A DNA stretch of 64,000 nucleotides, taken from positions 186,001 to 250,000 of the forward strand of contig JAXLQJ010000005.1 of the NCBI GenBank assembly GCA_046331705.1, in the 5' to 3' direction. Positions 45,620 through 54,683 of the stretch are shown piece after piece; position 1 is the stretch's first letter; every line of letters starts with the position of its first letter. A program made the position numbers and the translations under genes. The DNA is from a bacterium. Its GTDB lineage: Bacteria; JADJOY01. The notes beneath the pieces were generated by a model. It worked only from the letters and a program-made list of their open reading frames with translations, ran no database searches and had not been told where the DNA came from.

Positions 45620-46694
45620 CGACAGCGCCGGCGAAACGCCTCCCGCAGCACGGGGAGGCGCCGACGCATTCCTGACATCGGGGCCGTCCTTCGACGAGCT
45701 CGGCATCGACCGCGTCAACCACCGCCGGCTACCCGACGACTTCTGCGGCGACGTCTACATCTGGGACGTCGACAAGACCTATCTCGACACTCCGTTCGAC
45801 TCGCTCAAGGGGCTGATGCGCATCCCCTTCGAGGGAGCGATCGACAAGCGCGCGTTCCCCGGAACCGCCCAGCTCCTCAAGGAGCTTCGGCGCGGCCCAC
45901 GCAAGCAGCCGCTCGAAGCCCCGATCTACTTCATCTCGGCGAGCCCGCCGAAGCTGCGCGGCGTGCTCGAGAAGAAGATGCTTCTCGACGGAGTCGAGTT
46001 CGACGGGCTGACCCTCAAGGACCCGGTGCAGAACATGCGTCGCGGCGGGCTGCGCGCGCTCAAGGCGCAGCTCGCGTACAAGCTCGTCGGCCTGCTGCTG
46101 CACCGGCGCGACTTCCCGCGCGGAGCACACGAGACGCTCTTCGGCGACGACGTCGAGAGCGACGCCGTGATCTACGCGCTCTACGCGGACGTGGTCGCCG
46201 GTCGCATCCGCGGCGCCGATCTGCTCCGAATCCTGCAACGCCATCACACCGAGTACCAGCTCGCCGAGTGGATCGTGAGCTTCGCCGACTCGATCCCAAA
46301 GGCGCGCTCCGTCGAGCGCATCTACATCCACCTCGCCCGCGGCAGCGCTCCCGAGAGCTTCGCGTCGTTCGGCCGCACGGTGGTGCCCGTTCGCGATTCG
46401 CTGCAGTCGGCAGCGATCCTCGAGGCCGAGGGCAAGATCTCGAAGGCCGGGCTGCTCCGCGTCGCCGCCCAGATGCGCGAGGCTGGCGCGACCGACATCG
46501 AGCTGCTGGCGAGCCTGATCGACCTCAGCCGGCGCCATCTCGTTGGCGGCCCGCGCTTCGACGCGATCGTGCGCAAGCTCGCGCAAGCGCGCTCGATCCC
46601 GCCAGAGGTCGTGTTCGCCCGCACCAAGCCGGTGCGCCCGCTGCCGCGGCCATCCGCCACCGAGCCCCTGCTCCCCGTCGGCGAGCGCGCCTGA
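45600..46694 (+). CDS. HAD-superfamily phosphatase, App1/lipin-like (putative phosphatidate phosphatase)
   Basis: WDVDKTY (DxDxT), PG...L, YFISASP, K, LFGDD.ESD, IYIH. Confidence 0.72.
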   Translation: MPTRSRDDSAGETPPAARGGADAFLTSGPSFDELGIDRVNHRRLPDDFCGDVYIWDVDKTYLDTPFDSLKGLMRIPFEGAIDKRAFPGTAQLLKELRRGPRKQPLEAPIYFISASPPKLRGVLEKKMLLDGVEFDGLTLKDPVQNMRRGGLRALKAQLAYKLVGLLLHRRDFPRGAHETLFGDDVESDAVIYALYADVVAGRIRGADLLRILQRHHTEYQLAEWIVSFADSIPKARSVERIYIHLARGSAPESFASFGRTVVPVRDSLQSAAILEAEGKISKAGLLRVAAQMREAGATDIELLASLIDLSRRHLVGGPRFDAIVRKLAQARSIPPEVVFARTKPVRPLPRPSATEPLLPVGERA

Positions 46695-46802
46695 CGAGCG
46701 GCCCACACGCGGGCCGGCCGCTGGCCTTCCCCGCGTCCGCGTTTCCGCGTAGGTAAGGTGCGCTGCCGCGCCGGGGCTCCCGCAGCCGCGCGTGCCTTCG
46801 CC

Positions 46803-47801
46803 ATGTCACCTCGCCGCACGCTTCGCCACGCGCTCTTCGCGCTGCTCACGCTGCTGCTGGTGGGCGCCATGGGCTACATGGCGGTGGCGCGGATGTCGTT
46901 CATCGACGCGCTCTACATGACGGTGATCACGCTCACCACCGTCGGTTTCCGCGAGGTCGAGCCACTCGACACCGCGGGCAAGCTCTTCACCATCGGGCTG
47001 CTGGTCGCCGGCTTCGGCATCGTGCTCTTCAGCGCCAGCCTGGTCGCGCGGGAGCTCATCGAAGGCTCGATCCAGCAGGCTCTGGGGAGGCGAAAAGTGC
47101 AACGCCAGATCGCGCACATGGCCAACCACTACATCGTCTGCGGATTCGGGCGCATGGGACGGATCGTGTGCAAGGAGCTCGAGGCGAAGCCGGTCCCGTT
47201 CGTGGTGGTGGAGCGCGATCCGGAGCGGCTCGGCGATCTCGAGAGCGAGCACTACCCGTTCGTCGCCGGCGACGCGACGGAGGACCAAGTCCTCGTGGAG
47301 GCCGGAATCCAGCGCGCGCACGGGCTGGTGGCGGCGCTCTCGAAGGACGCGGACAACGTCTACGTCGTGCTGACCGCGCGCGAGCTCGGACCCGAGCTCT
47401 TGATCGTGGCGCGCGCCGAGGACGAGCGCAGCGAGCGCAAGCTCTTGCACGCGGGCGCCACGCGCGTGGTGTCGCCGTACACGATCGGCGGTCACCGCAT
47501 GGCCCACGCGTTGCTTCGGCCGGCGGTGCTCGACGTGATCGACCTCGCCACCCACTACCGCTCGATCGAGCTCCAGATCGAGGAGGTGACGGTGCCGAAG
47601 GGCGGCTTCTGCGAGGGCCAGACGCTGCTCAAGTCGGGGCTGCGCGATCAGCTCGGCCTGATCGTCATCGCGATCAAGAAGCCGGGCGGCGAGATGCTCT
47701 TCAATCCGAAGGCGGACGTGGCGATCCACGCCGGTGACCGGCTGGTGCTGATGGGGCAGACCGCCAACCTCCGGCAGATCGAGGAGCGTCTGCGCGGCTG
47801 A
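46803..47801 (+). CDS. Potassium channel with RCK (TrkA-N/TrkA-C) domains
   Basis: 2 TM with pore DALYMTVITLTTVGF, HYIVCGFGRMG, GDAT...L..AGI..A, TrkA-C-like end. Confidence 0.93.
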   Translation: MSPRRTLRHALFALLTLLLVGAMGYMAVARMSFIDALYMTVITLTTVGFREVEPLDTAGKLFTIGLLVAGFGIVLFSASLVARELIEGSIQQALGRRKVQRQIAHMANHYIVCGFGRMGRIVCKELEAKPVPFVVVERDPERLGDLESEHYPFVAGDATEDQVLVEAGIQRAHGLVAALSKDADNVYVVLTARELGPELLIVARAEDERSERKLLHAGATRVVSPYTIGGHRMAHALLRPAVLDVIDLATHYRSIELQIEEVTVPKGGFCEGQTLLKSGLRDQLGLIVIAIKKPGGEMLFNPKADVAIHAGDRLVLMGQTANLRQIEERLRG

Positions 47802-47911
47802 GCCACAGGCGGCGCCCGCCGCCGTCCGCGCACCTTCACCCGGTGGTGGTGATTGGCGATGCTGTGAGGATGACGCCGGATCACGCCATCGAGCGGCGCC
47901 CGCGGCCTGCG

Positions 47912-49084
47912 ATGAATCCGCGCATTCCCCATCTCACGGCGCTCGGTCTCGCGTGCATCCTGACACTGCCAGCGACGGCGCGCGCCGGCGATCCGCGCTA
48001 CCTGCAGTACATCGAGAGCCCCTACCGATTCGGCGTGAACCTGCGGCACATCGATCCGCGTGCCATCGGCGCGGCGACCGACCTGCTCGGCGTCCTCGGG
48101 ATGTGGAGTCACGTCTCGTTCCAGAAATACGAGAGCACGGTGTTCCGCTTCGACGTGCACGGCTCTCACCCGCTCGAGATCAAGCCGTCGCCCACCACCA
48201 GCGCCTTCGAGGAGGAGGATCCGATCGACGTCGGCCCGCGGCGCCGCGAGCTCTACGCCGGCAACGTGCGCCTCCGGCTGGCCGACTACCACATGATCGA
48301 CTTCGGCCCGGTGTACTCGCTCACGGGCAACCGCTACGACCACCAGGCGTTCCTCTCGTACGTGCAGCAGAGCTTCTTCGACGACGTCGAGCAGGATCAG
48401 CGCGGCACCGCAGACATGGACCTCGACGGTCGTTCGTTCACCGAGCTCGGACACCGTTTCGATACCGGCGACAGCCCGACGCGCGCCGGCGCGCGGCTCG
48501 GCATGAAGACCCAGTACCGCGACGGCGACGAGTTCCAGGTGCTGCTCGAGGAAGACTTCGACGCGTTCCGCTGGCTCGCGACCTTCGAGCTCTTCTACTA
48601 CCGGGAGCTGTTGCGCGACGGGCAGCGCCCCCACGACCTCCTCGATCCCGAGCCCTATCCGCTCGAATACCCGCCGGTGCTCACGCTTCACGCCCGCATC
48701 CAGGAGCACTTCGCGCGCGCCGGCTACGACGCCCGCGCCAAGGGCGTGCAGGCCGTGGTGACCGCGATCTGGTCACCCGAGATCATGGAGCTGCGCCCGA
48801 TCCCGAGCCTGCACTTGTTTCCGCAGGTGGAGGAAGAGCTGCGCTGCGGGATCGTGGGGGGCGATCTCGACGGGATCTGCACCAACAAGACCGCACCGGG
48901 CTATCGGGTGGTGGCGATCCGGCTGCGCAGCCCGTTCGGCTTCCTGGGGTTCAGCAAGTACATCGAAGGCGTGGAGGGCGACCTCGGCCTCCGGCTCAAG
49001 GTCGAGATCTCCTACGACATCCCGAAGAGCGATTTCTCGTTCGACGTCGGCCCCGAGATCCAGGCCGCGCTGCGCTTCTACTAG
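47912..49084 (+). CDS. Secreted hypothetical protein, possible outer-membrane beta-barrel
   Basis: Signal peptide ending ARA-G; alternating-residue beta strands; C-terminal EIQAALRFY. Confidence 0.65.
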   Translation: MNPRIPHLTALGLACILTLPATARAGDPRYLQYIESPYRFGVNLRHIDPRAIGAATDLLGVLGMWSHVSFQKYESTVFRFDVHGSHPLEIKPSPTTSAFEEEDPIDVGPRRRELYAGNVRLRLADYHMIDFGPVYSLTGNRYDHQAFLSYVQQSFFDDVEQDQRGTADMDLDGRSFTELGHRFDTGDSPTRAGARLGMKTQYRDGDEFQVLLEEDFDAFRWLATFELFYYRELLRDGQRPHDLLDPEPYPLEYPPVLTLHARIQEHFARAGYDARAKGVQAVVTAIWSPEIMELRPIPSLHLFPQVEEELRCGIVGGDLDGICTNKTAPGYRVVAIRLRSPFGFLGFSKYIEGVEGDLGLRLKVEISYDIPKSDFSFDVGPEIQAALRFY

Positions 49085-49132
49085 GGCCTTCCGCTTCCAG
49101 GCTGAGCGCGCCGCGCACTCGGCGGGCGGGAA

Positions 49133-49429
49133 TCAGCGCGCGGACGCGCGTTCCTCGGCGTTCTTGAGCGCGTGGCCGTGGAAGAGCCCGAACAGGACCA
49201 CCTGGACGACGTGACCGGCGAACGAGCCCGGCGCGCGGCGCACGTACGGCATCCACATCGCGGCGAGTTCGATCGCGTGCGCGACGAGCATGCCCCAGAA
49301 CGTCCACTTCCCGACGGTCGCGATCCCGGACGGGAACGCGCTCGGACGGAGCACGCACGCGAACGCGATCGCCCACACCACGGAGAGACCCACCTTGGCT
49401 GGCAGGATCGAGGAATCCGGGATCTTCAT
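49133..49429 (-). CDS. Small membrane protein, DUF1145 (YhhL)-like
   Basis: K....VW, LVAHAIE, H..QV.LFG.FH pattern; GGAGG RBS. Confidence 0.7.
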   Translation of the reverse strand: MKIPDSSILPAKVGLSVVWAIAFACVLRPSAFPSGIATVGKWTFWGMLVAHAIELAAMWMPYVRRAPGSFAGHVVQVVLFGLFHGHALKNAEERASAR

Positions 49430-49482
49430 CCGACCTCCGCGCGCCGCGCCGCGCCGAGCGCGACGGCGCGTCGAGTTGCGGG

Positions 49483-50385
49483 TCACTCTCGTCCAGATCC
49501 GTCGCCGAGCCGAGCGAGAAAGGCGCGAGTCGCCTGCGAGGCGGTATCCGCCGCCAACCCGTAGTACGAGAAGAATTGCACGAGCGACGCCACGCCGTCC
49601 GCGTCGTCGGAGGTGCCGCGGAACGCGATGAACGGAAGGCCGCGAGTGGTGGCCTCGCGGGCGATCATCGCCGTCTCCATCTCGACGACCTCGACCTCGT
49701 CGTCGTCGTGCGCCGACACGCGCGACGCGGCCGTCTGCGCGTCGCAACCAAAGACCCCGCCGCCGCCCTCCACACACGGCAGCGCCGCGCCCCCGAACGG
49801 ATCGCTCGTCCGTCCCACGCCACCCACCACGATCCGGGGCACCGGGTCGGTGCAAACGGGTGCGCCGGCGGTCGCGGGAGGCGCGGTGCTGCAACGCGCG
49901 AGCGCCACGTCCCGAGAATCGGCGAGCTCGCGAACGATCTCCAGCCAGTCGGCGCTGGGCGCGAACGCCGTGCCATCGGGCGCGACCCAGGTCTCCGGCA
50001 CCGCGACATCGCCGACGAGCAACGACGTGTTCGCCACTCCGCACACGACCACGCCTTGCACGGGGAAGCGGTCCAGCACCGCGCGGGTCACCGTCGACGC
50101 GTTGGTCATGCCGATTCCCGTCATGCCGAGCACCACGGGAACACCCGCGAGGGTCCCGACCCGGATCTGCCGATCGGCGAGCTCGACCGTCTCCGCGATC
50201 TCGGCGTGGGTCAGATTCGGCGCCAGCTCGCTCGGCATCGCGCTCAGCACCGCCAGGAACGGCGGCGCGTTGGCCTCGGTGGAATCGGTGCCGCAACCTG
50301 CGGCCACGCCGAACGCGAGCCCCGCGAAGCTGCCCGCGAGCCGCCCGCGCCACGCCGCTCGATGACGCCAATCCACGCTCCACAC
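49483..50385 (-). CDS. MTA/SAH nucleosidase (PNP_UDP_1) family lipoprotein
   Basis: Lipobox VAAGC; SAMPSE, GIG..NA, GVA, GDV.V, VEMETA, FIAFRGTSD.AD. Start is approximate. Confidence 0.82.
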   Translation of the reverse strand: MWSVDWRHRAAWRGRLAGSFAGLAFGVAAGCGTDSTEANAPPFLAVLSAMPSELAPNLTHAEIAETVELADRQIRVGTLAGVPVVLGMTGIGMTNASTVTRAVLDRFPVQGVVVCGVANTSLLVGDVAVPETWVAPDGTAFAPSADWLEIVRELADSRDVALARCSTAPPATAGAPVCTDPVPRIVVGGVGRTSDPFGGAALPCVEGGGGVFGCDAQTAASRVSAHDDDEVEVVEMETAMIAREATTRGLPFIAFRGTSDDADGVASLVQFFSYYGLAADTASQATRAFLARLGDGSGRE

Positions 50386-50511
50386 CCTGCGCGTTTCCTT
50401 ACCACGGCTCCCCACCGCCGCGCAGCGAGGCGGTGCGTGCTTTCGCGTGCCGAATCGCAGACGTACAATTCGCCGCGCGACTCGGTGACATTCCTCGTCG
50501 CCCACCCATCG

Positions 50512-51966
50512 ATGGTCGAGCGCTTACGAATCCTGCGTGGACTGGCGCGCGTCGTCGCGCCGGTCGCGGTGCTCGCGGTGCTCGGCGCGTGCGGCAAGAC
50601 AGGCTCGAGCAGCGACGACGGCGAGCCCGCGGCGTCGCCGGAGTGGGTGCTGCGCTGGAACCGGATCGCCATCGATGCGAGCGGCTTCGATCACGCCCAT
50701 GCCGGCGAACAGCTCGGGCCGGGCAAGTCCTCCCGCGCCATGGCCATCGTTCATCTGGCCATCTTCGACGCGCTCGACGGGATCGAGCCGCGCTACGCGA
50801 GCTATCGCGAGCACCCGCAGCCCGCCGCGAACGCGTCGCCGCGAATCGCGATCGCCCAGGCGGCGCGCGACACGCTCATCGCGCTCTACCCCGCCCAGGC
50901 GAGCCAGCTCGACGCCGAGCTGGTGGCGGACCTGAATCGCGAACCGGACACCCAGGCGCGCAGCGAGGGCGCGAGATTCGGACACGACGTCGCGATGGCG
51001 ATCCTCGCGGAGCGCGCCGAGGACCGCGCGGACCTGAGCACGCCCGAGCACGAGCGCGCCTATCCCATCTCCTCCTCCGCCGGCCATTGGCGCCCCGACC
51101 CCGTGCATCCGACGCAAGCGCCGCTCGGCGCCTATTGGGGCGAAGTGGCGCCGTTCGCGCTCGCGAGCGCCTCGCAGTTCCGCGCGCCACCGCCGCCGAG
51201 CATGGCGAGCGCCGAATACGCGGCGGCGTTCGAGGAGGTGAAGCGGCTGGGTGGTGACGGGGTGGTCACGCCGACGGCGCGCACCGACGAGCAGACGCAG
51301 ATCGGCATCTACTGGGCGTACGACGGCACGCCGTCGCTGTGCGCGCCGCCGCGGCTCTACAACCAGATCACCGCCGCGGTCGCGAGCCAGCAGGGCACGC
51401 GCGACGCGCTCGAGCTGGCGCGGCTGTTCGCGCTCGTGAACGTGGCCATGGCGGATGCCGGCACCGCGATCTGGGAGTCGAAGTATCACTACGACTTCTG
51501 GAGACCGGTCACGGGCATCCGCGAAGCGGACCCGGGGCTCGGCCCGAGCGGCGCAGGCGACGGTAACCCGCTGACCAGCGCGGACCCCTCGTTCACGCCG
51601 CTCGGCGCGCCGGCCAGCAACTCACCGGACGCAGCGAGCTTCACACCGCCCTTTCCCGCGTACCCCTCCGGCCACGCAGGCTTCGGCGGAGCGCTCTTCG
51701 AGACGCTGCGCAACTTCTATGGCACCGACGAGATCGCGTTCTCGTTCGTGTCCGACGAGCTCAACGGCGTCACCGTCGGCGGCGACGGCGCCGTGCGCCC
51801 GCTCGTGGAGCGCCACTTCGACTCGCTGAGCGACGCCGAGGACGAGAACGGCCAGAGCCGCATCTACCTCGGCATCCACTGGCGCTTCGACAAGAGCGCC
51901 GGCATCGCGCAGGGTCGGGCGATCGCCGACCAGGTCTTCGCGACCATTCTGCTGCCGCGTCCTTGA
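50512..51966 (+). CDS. Vanadium-dependent haloperoxidase (chloroperoxidase-like), lipoprotein
   Basis: Lipobox LGAC; WAYDG....PPRLYNQI, W.SKY.Y.FWRP, PPFPAYPSGHAGFG, SRIYLGIHWRFD contain the K/RP, SGH and R..G.H vanadate-binding motifs. Confidence 0.9.
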   Translation: MVERLRILRGLARVVAPVAVLAVLGACGKTGSSSDDGEPAASPEWVLRWNRIAIDASGFDHAHAGEQLGPGKSSRAMAIVHLAIFDALDGIEPRYASYREHPQPAANASPRIAIAQAARDTLIALYPAQASQLDAELVADLNREPDTQARSEGARFGHDVAMAILAERAEDRADLSTPEHERAYPISSSAGHWRPDPVHPTQAPLGAYWGEVAPFALASASQFRAPPPPSMASAEYAAAFEEVKRLGGDGVVTPTARTDEQTQIGIYWAYDGTPSLCAPPRLYNQITAAVASQQGTRDALELARLFALVNVAMADAGTAIWESKYHYDFWRPVTGIREADPGLGPSGAGDGNPLTSADPSFTPLGAPASNSPDAASFTPPFPAYPSGHAGFGGALFETLRNFYGTDEIAFSFVSDELNGVTVGGDGAVRPLVERHFDSLSDAEDENGQSRIYLGIHWRFDKSAGIAQGRAIADQVFATILLPRP

Positions 51967-52105
51967 CCCGAGAGAGCCTCGAGGCGCCATCGGTGGCGCC
52001 CCGCGCTAGGATCTGCGCGCAGCGCCACGGCGTCCGGGCCGGGTGTTGTGTGACGCTCGGCTCGTGACCTCCCGTTGGGGTGTTGCCCAAACCAGGAGGT
52101 GTGGG

Positions 52106-52702
52106 ATGTCGCGCACGACGCATCGTCGGTCGATGTGGGTGCTGGGAGCGAGCCTGCTCGCTGTGGCGTCGGCGGTTCCCGGGATGGCCAAGCAGGTCGC
52201 CGGAGTCGACGTGCCCGAGCGAGCACAGATCGGCGGCGACGCTCGCGAGCTCGCGCTCAACGGTGCCGGCATCCGTACCAAGATCGTGATCAAGGTGTAC
52301 GTGGGCGGGCTCTACGTCACGTCGCCCACCCACGACGCCGCCGCGGTGCTCGCCGATCCCGGACCGCAGCGCGTGCTCATCCACATGGTGCGCGACCTCG
52401 ACTCGAAGACGCTCGCCGACGCCTTGCGCGAAGGCCTCGACGCCAACCACACCCCCGCCGAGCTCGCGCCGCTCGAAGCGCGGATCGGCGAGCTCGTCAC
52501 CCTGCTGACCGCGCGCCCGACCGTCACCAAGGACTCGGAGATCTTCCTCGACTACGTCCCGGACACCGGCACGCGAGTCATCCACGACGGCAAGCTGCTC
52601 GGCACGCTGCCGGGCGCGGACCTCCACCAGGCGCTGCTCAAGATCTGGCTGGGCTCGAAACCCGTCGACAGCGGCCTCAAGAACGCGATGCTCGGGCTCT
52701 GA
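52106..52702 (+). CDS. Chalcone isomerase-like (fatty-acid-binding type) exported protein
   Basis: Signal peptide; LALNGAGIRTK..IKVYVGGLY, ALL.IWLG.KP.D..LK.AMLG; AGGAGG RBS. Confidence 0.88.
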   Translation: MSRTTHRRSMWVLGASLLAVASAVPGMAKQVAGVDVPERAQIGGDARELALNGAGIRTKIVIKVYVGGLYVTSPTHDAAAVLADPGPQRVLIHMVRDLDSKTLADALREGLDANHTPAELAPLEARIGELVTLLTARPTVTKDSEIFLDYVPDTGTRVIHDGKLLGTLPGADLHQALLKIWLGSKPVDSGLKNAMLGL

Positions 52703-52726
52703 GCCGCGGGCGCGCCTCGCTTGGCG

Positions 52727-54493
52727 TCACAGCGGGTAGCCGCCGGCGGCCACGACGGCATCGGCGAGCTTGCGACGCGCGCGCATGACCTTGCACGGCA
52801 GGTCGTATGCGAGGTGCGAGATCGCCTCCAGGTTCGTCGCCAGCGCGTCGCCGTCGAGCATGTCCATGAGGAGATGCCGCGCCGTGTGATAGACGCGGCT
52901 CCAGACCGGCGGGATGAACGCGACCAGCGCCGCCGACACGAACTCCTTGGCGGCGTCGCTGCCGTGCTCGCGGACCACGGCGTTTCGCGCCACCAGGCTG
53001 TCGATCGCGAAGCAATCCTGCATGAGGTCGGCGATCACCCCGAGCACTTCCTGCTCTTCGGCGACGGTGCCGAGGTACTTCTCGATGGCCGCGCGGGTGA
53101 CGAAGAGCGTGGTCCACTTGGCGCGCTCGGCGATGCCGCACGCGATCTCCGCTTGCGAGCCGCCCACCGGCGGCACCTTGCCAGCGGCCGCGTCGGACTT
53201 GATGCGCTCGGTCACGTCCATGAGCGGCAGCTCGCCCTTCATCGCGCGGCGGAAGAGCGTGCCGGGAACGATCAGGCGGTTGATCTCGTTGGTGCCCTCG
53301 AAGATCCGGAAGATCCGCGAATCGCGCAGGATGCGCGCCACCGGGTATTCCTCGATGAAACCGTAGCCGCCCAGGATCTGCACCGCCTCGTCGGCCACGA
53401 AGTCGAGGGCCTCCGAGCCGTAGATCTTGAGGATCGACGCCTCCACCGAGAACTCCTCGATGGCGCGCGCCTTGTCGTCGTCGCTCTCGGCGTGTGCGAG
53501 GTGCTCGTCGATCATGCCGGTGGTGCGATAGCCCAGCGATTCGTTCACCAAGATGCGCAGCGCCATGTCGGCGAGCTTTTCGCGGATGAGGCCGAAGGTC
53601 GCGATGGGCTTACCGAACTGCTTGCGGTCGAGCGCGTAGCGCGTGGCGCTCGCCAGCGCGTCCTTGGAGCCGCCGAGCGTCGCGACGCCGAGCTTGAGCC
53701 TGCCGATGTTGAGGGTGTTGAACGCGATCTTGTGGCCCATGCCGATGGCGCCGAGCACGTTCTCCGCCGGCACGTGCACGTCGTCGAGATTGAGCGTGCA
53801 GGTCGACGAGCCGCGAATCCCCATCTTGTGCTCTTCGGGGCCGACACTCACTCCCCGCGTGCGGCGCTCCACGAGGAAAGCCGTGAATCGTTCGCCGTCG
53901 ATCTTCGCGAAGACCGTGAAGAGATCGGCGAAGCCGGCGTTGGTGATGAATTGCTTGCTGCCATCGAGCCGGTAGTAGGTGCCATCCGCCGAGAGCACCG
54001 CGCGGGTCTGCGCCGCGAGCGCATCGGAGCCCGAGTTCGCCTCGGTGAGCGCGTAGGCCGCGAGCTTGTGCCCGGTCGCGAGGTCCGGCAGGTAGCGCGC
54101 CTTCTGCTCCGGCGTGCCGTAGTAGACGATCGGCAGCGTGCCGATGCCGGTGTGCGCGCCGAGGGACACCGCGAACGAGCCGATGGTCGCGAACTGCTCG
54201 GCGACCAGCATGCTCGTCACCTTCGAAGCCGCGATCCCGCCGTATTCCTCGGGCACGTCCACCATCAAGAGCCCGAGCTCACCGGCCTTGCGGAGCAGGT
54301 CCGGCACCACGCCTGGATCCTTCGCCTCGATCGACGCCAGGCGCGGCAGGATCTCCTTCTGCGTGAATTCCCTTGCGGTGCGCGCGAACTCGCGCTGCTC
54401 GTCGGTGAAGAGCTCGGGCGCCATGATCTTCCGGCTGCCGGCTTCCTCCCACAGGAACGATCCGCCTTGCGGTAGCTCTGCAACGTCGGCCAT
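52727..54493 (-). CDS. Acyl-CoA dehydrogenase, long form (about 588 aa)
   Basis: GGSFL, GAHTGIGTLPI, AYALTE..SGSDA, G.KQFITNAGFAD, EHKMGIRGSST, LNIGRLKLG, GGYGF.EEYP, RIFEGTNEINRL. Confidence 0.96.
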   Translation of the reverse strand: MADVAELPQGGSFLWEEAGSRKIMAPELFTDEQREFARTAREFTQKEILPRLASIEAKDPGVVPDLLRKAGELGLLMVDVPEEYGGIAASKVTSMLVAEQFATIGSFAVSLGAHTGIGTLPIVYYGTPEQKARYLPDLATGHKLAAYALTEANSGSDALAAQTRAVLSADGTYYRLDGSKQFITNAGFADLFTVFAKIDGERFTAFLVERRTRGVSVGPEEHKMGIRGSSTCTLNLDDVHVPAENVLGAIGMGHKIAFNTLNIGRLKLGVATLGGSKDALASATRYALDRKQFGKPIATFGLIREKLADMALRILVNESLGYRTTGMIDEHLAHAESDDDKARAIEEFSVEASILKIYGSEALDFVADEAVQILGGYGFIEEYPVARILRDSRIFRIFEGTNEINRLIVPGTLFRRAMKGELPLMDVTERIKSDAAAGKVPPVGGSQAEIACGIAERAKWTTLFVTRAAIEKYLGTVAEEQEVLGVIADLMQDCFAIDSLVARNAVVREHGSDAAKEFVSAALVAFIPPVWSRVYHTARHLLMDMLDGDALATNLEAISHLAYDLPCKVMRARRKLADAVVAAGGYPL

Positions 54494-54683
54494 GAGCGCC
54501 TCCGGGAACGGGTTCGTCGGGAGTGTACCCCTTGGGTCGAATCGCCTCGCGCCGCAACGGGCCGCGGCGAGCGCTGCCAAACCTCCGCGACGACTCGTCC
54601 CCGCGGGCGCCCGACGCCTCGCTCGGGCGTCGCCGACGCGGCGCGCGACCCGGCGCGCGACGCGGCGCCCGGCCCGACTCGGA

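Noticed and set aside
46930-46960. Non-canonical K+ filter TVGFR instead of TVGYG
   Set aside because: A common variant in RCK-containing prokaryotic channels; not novel.
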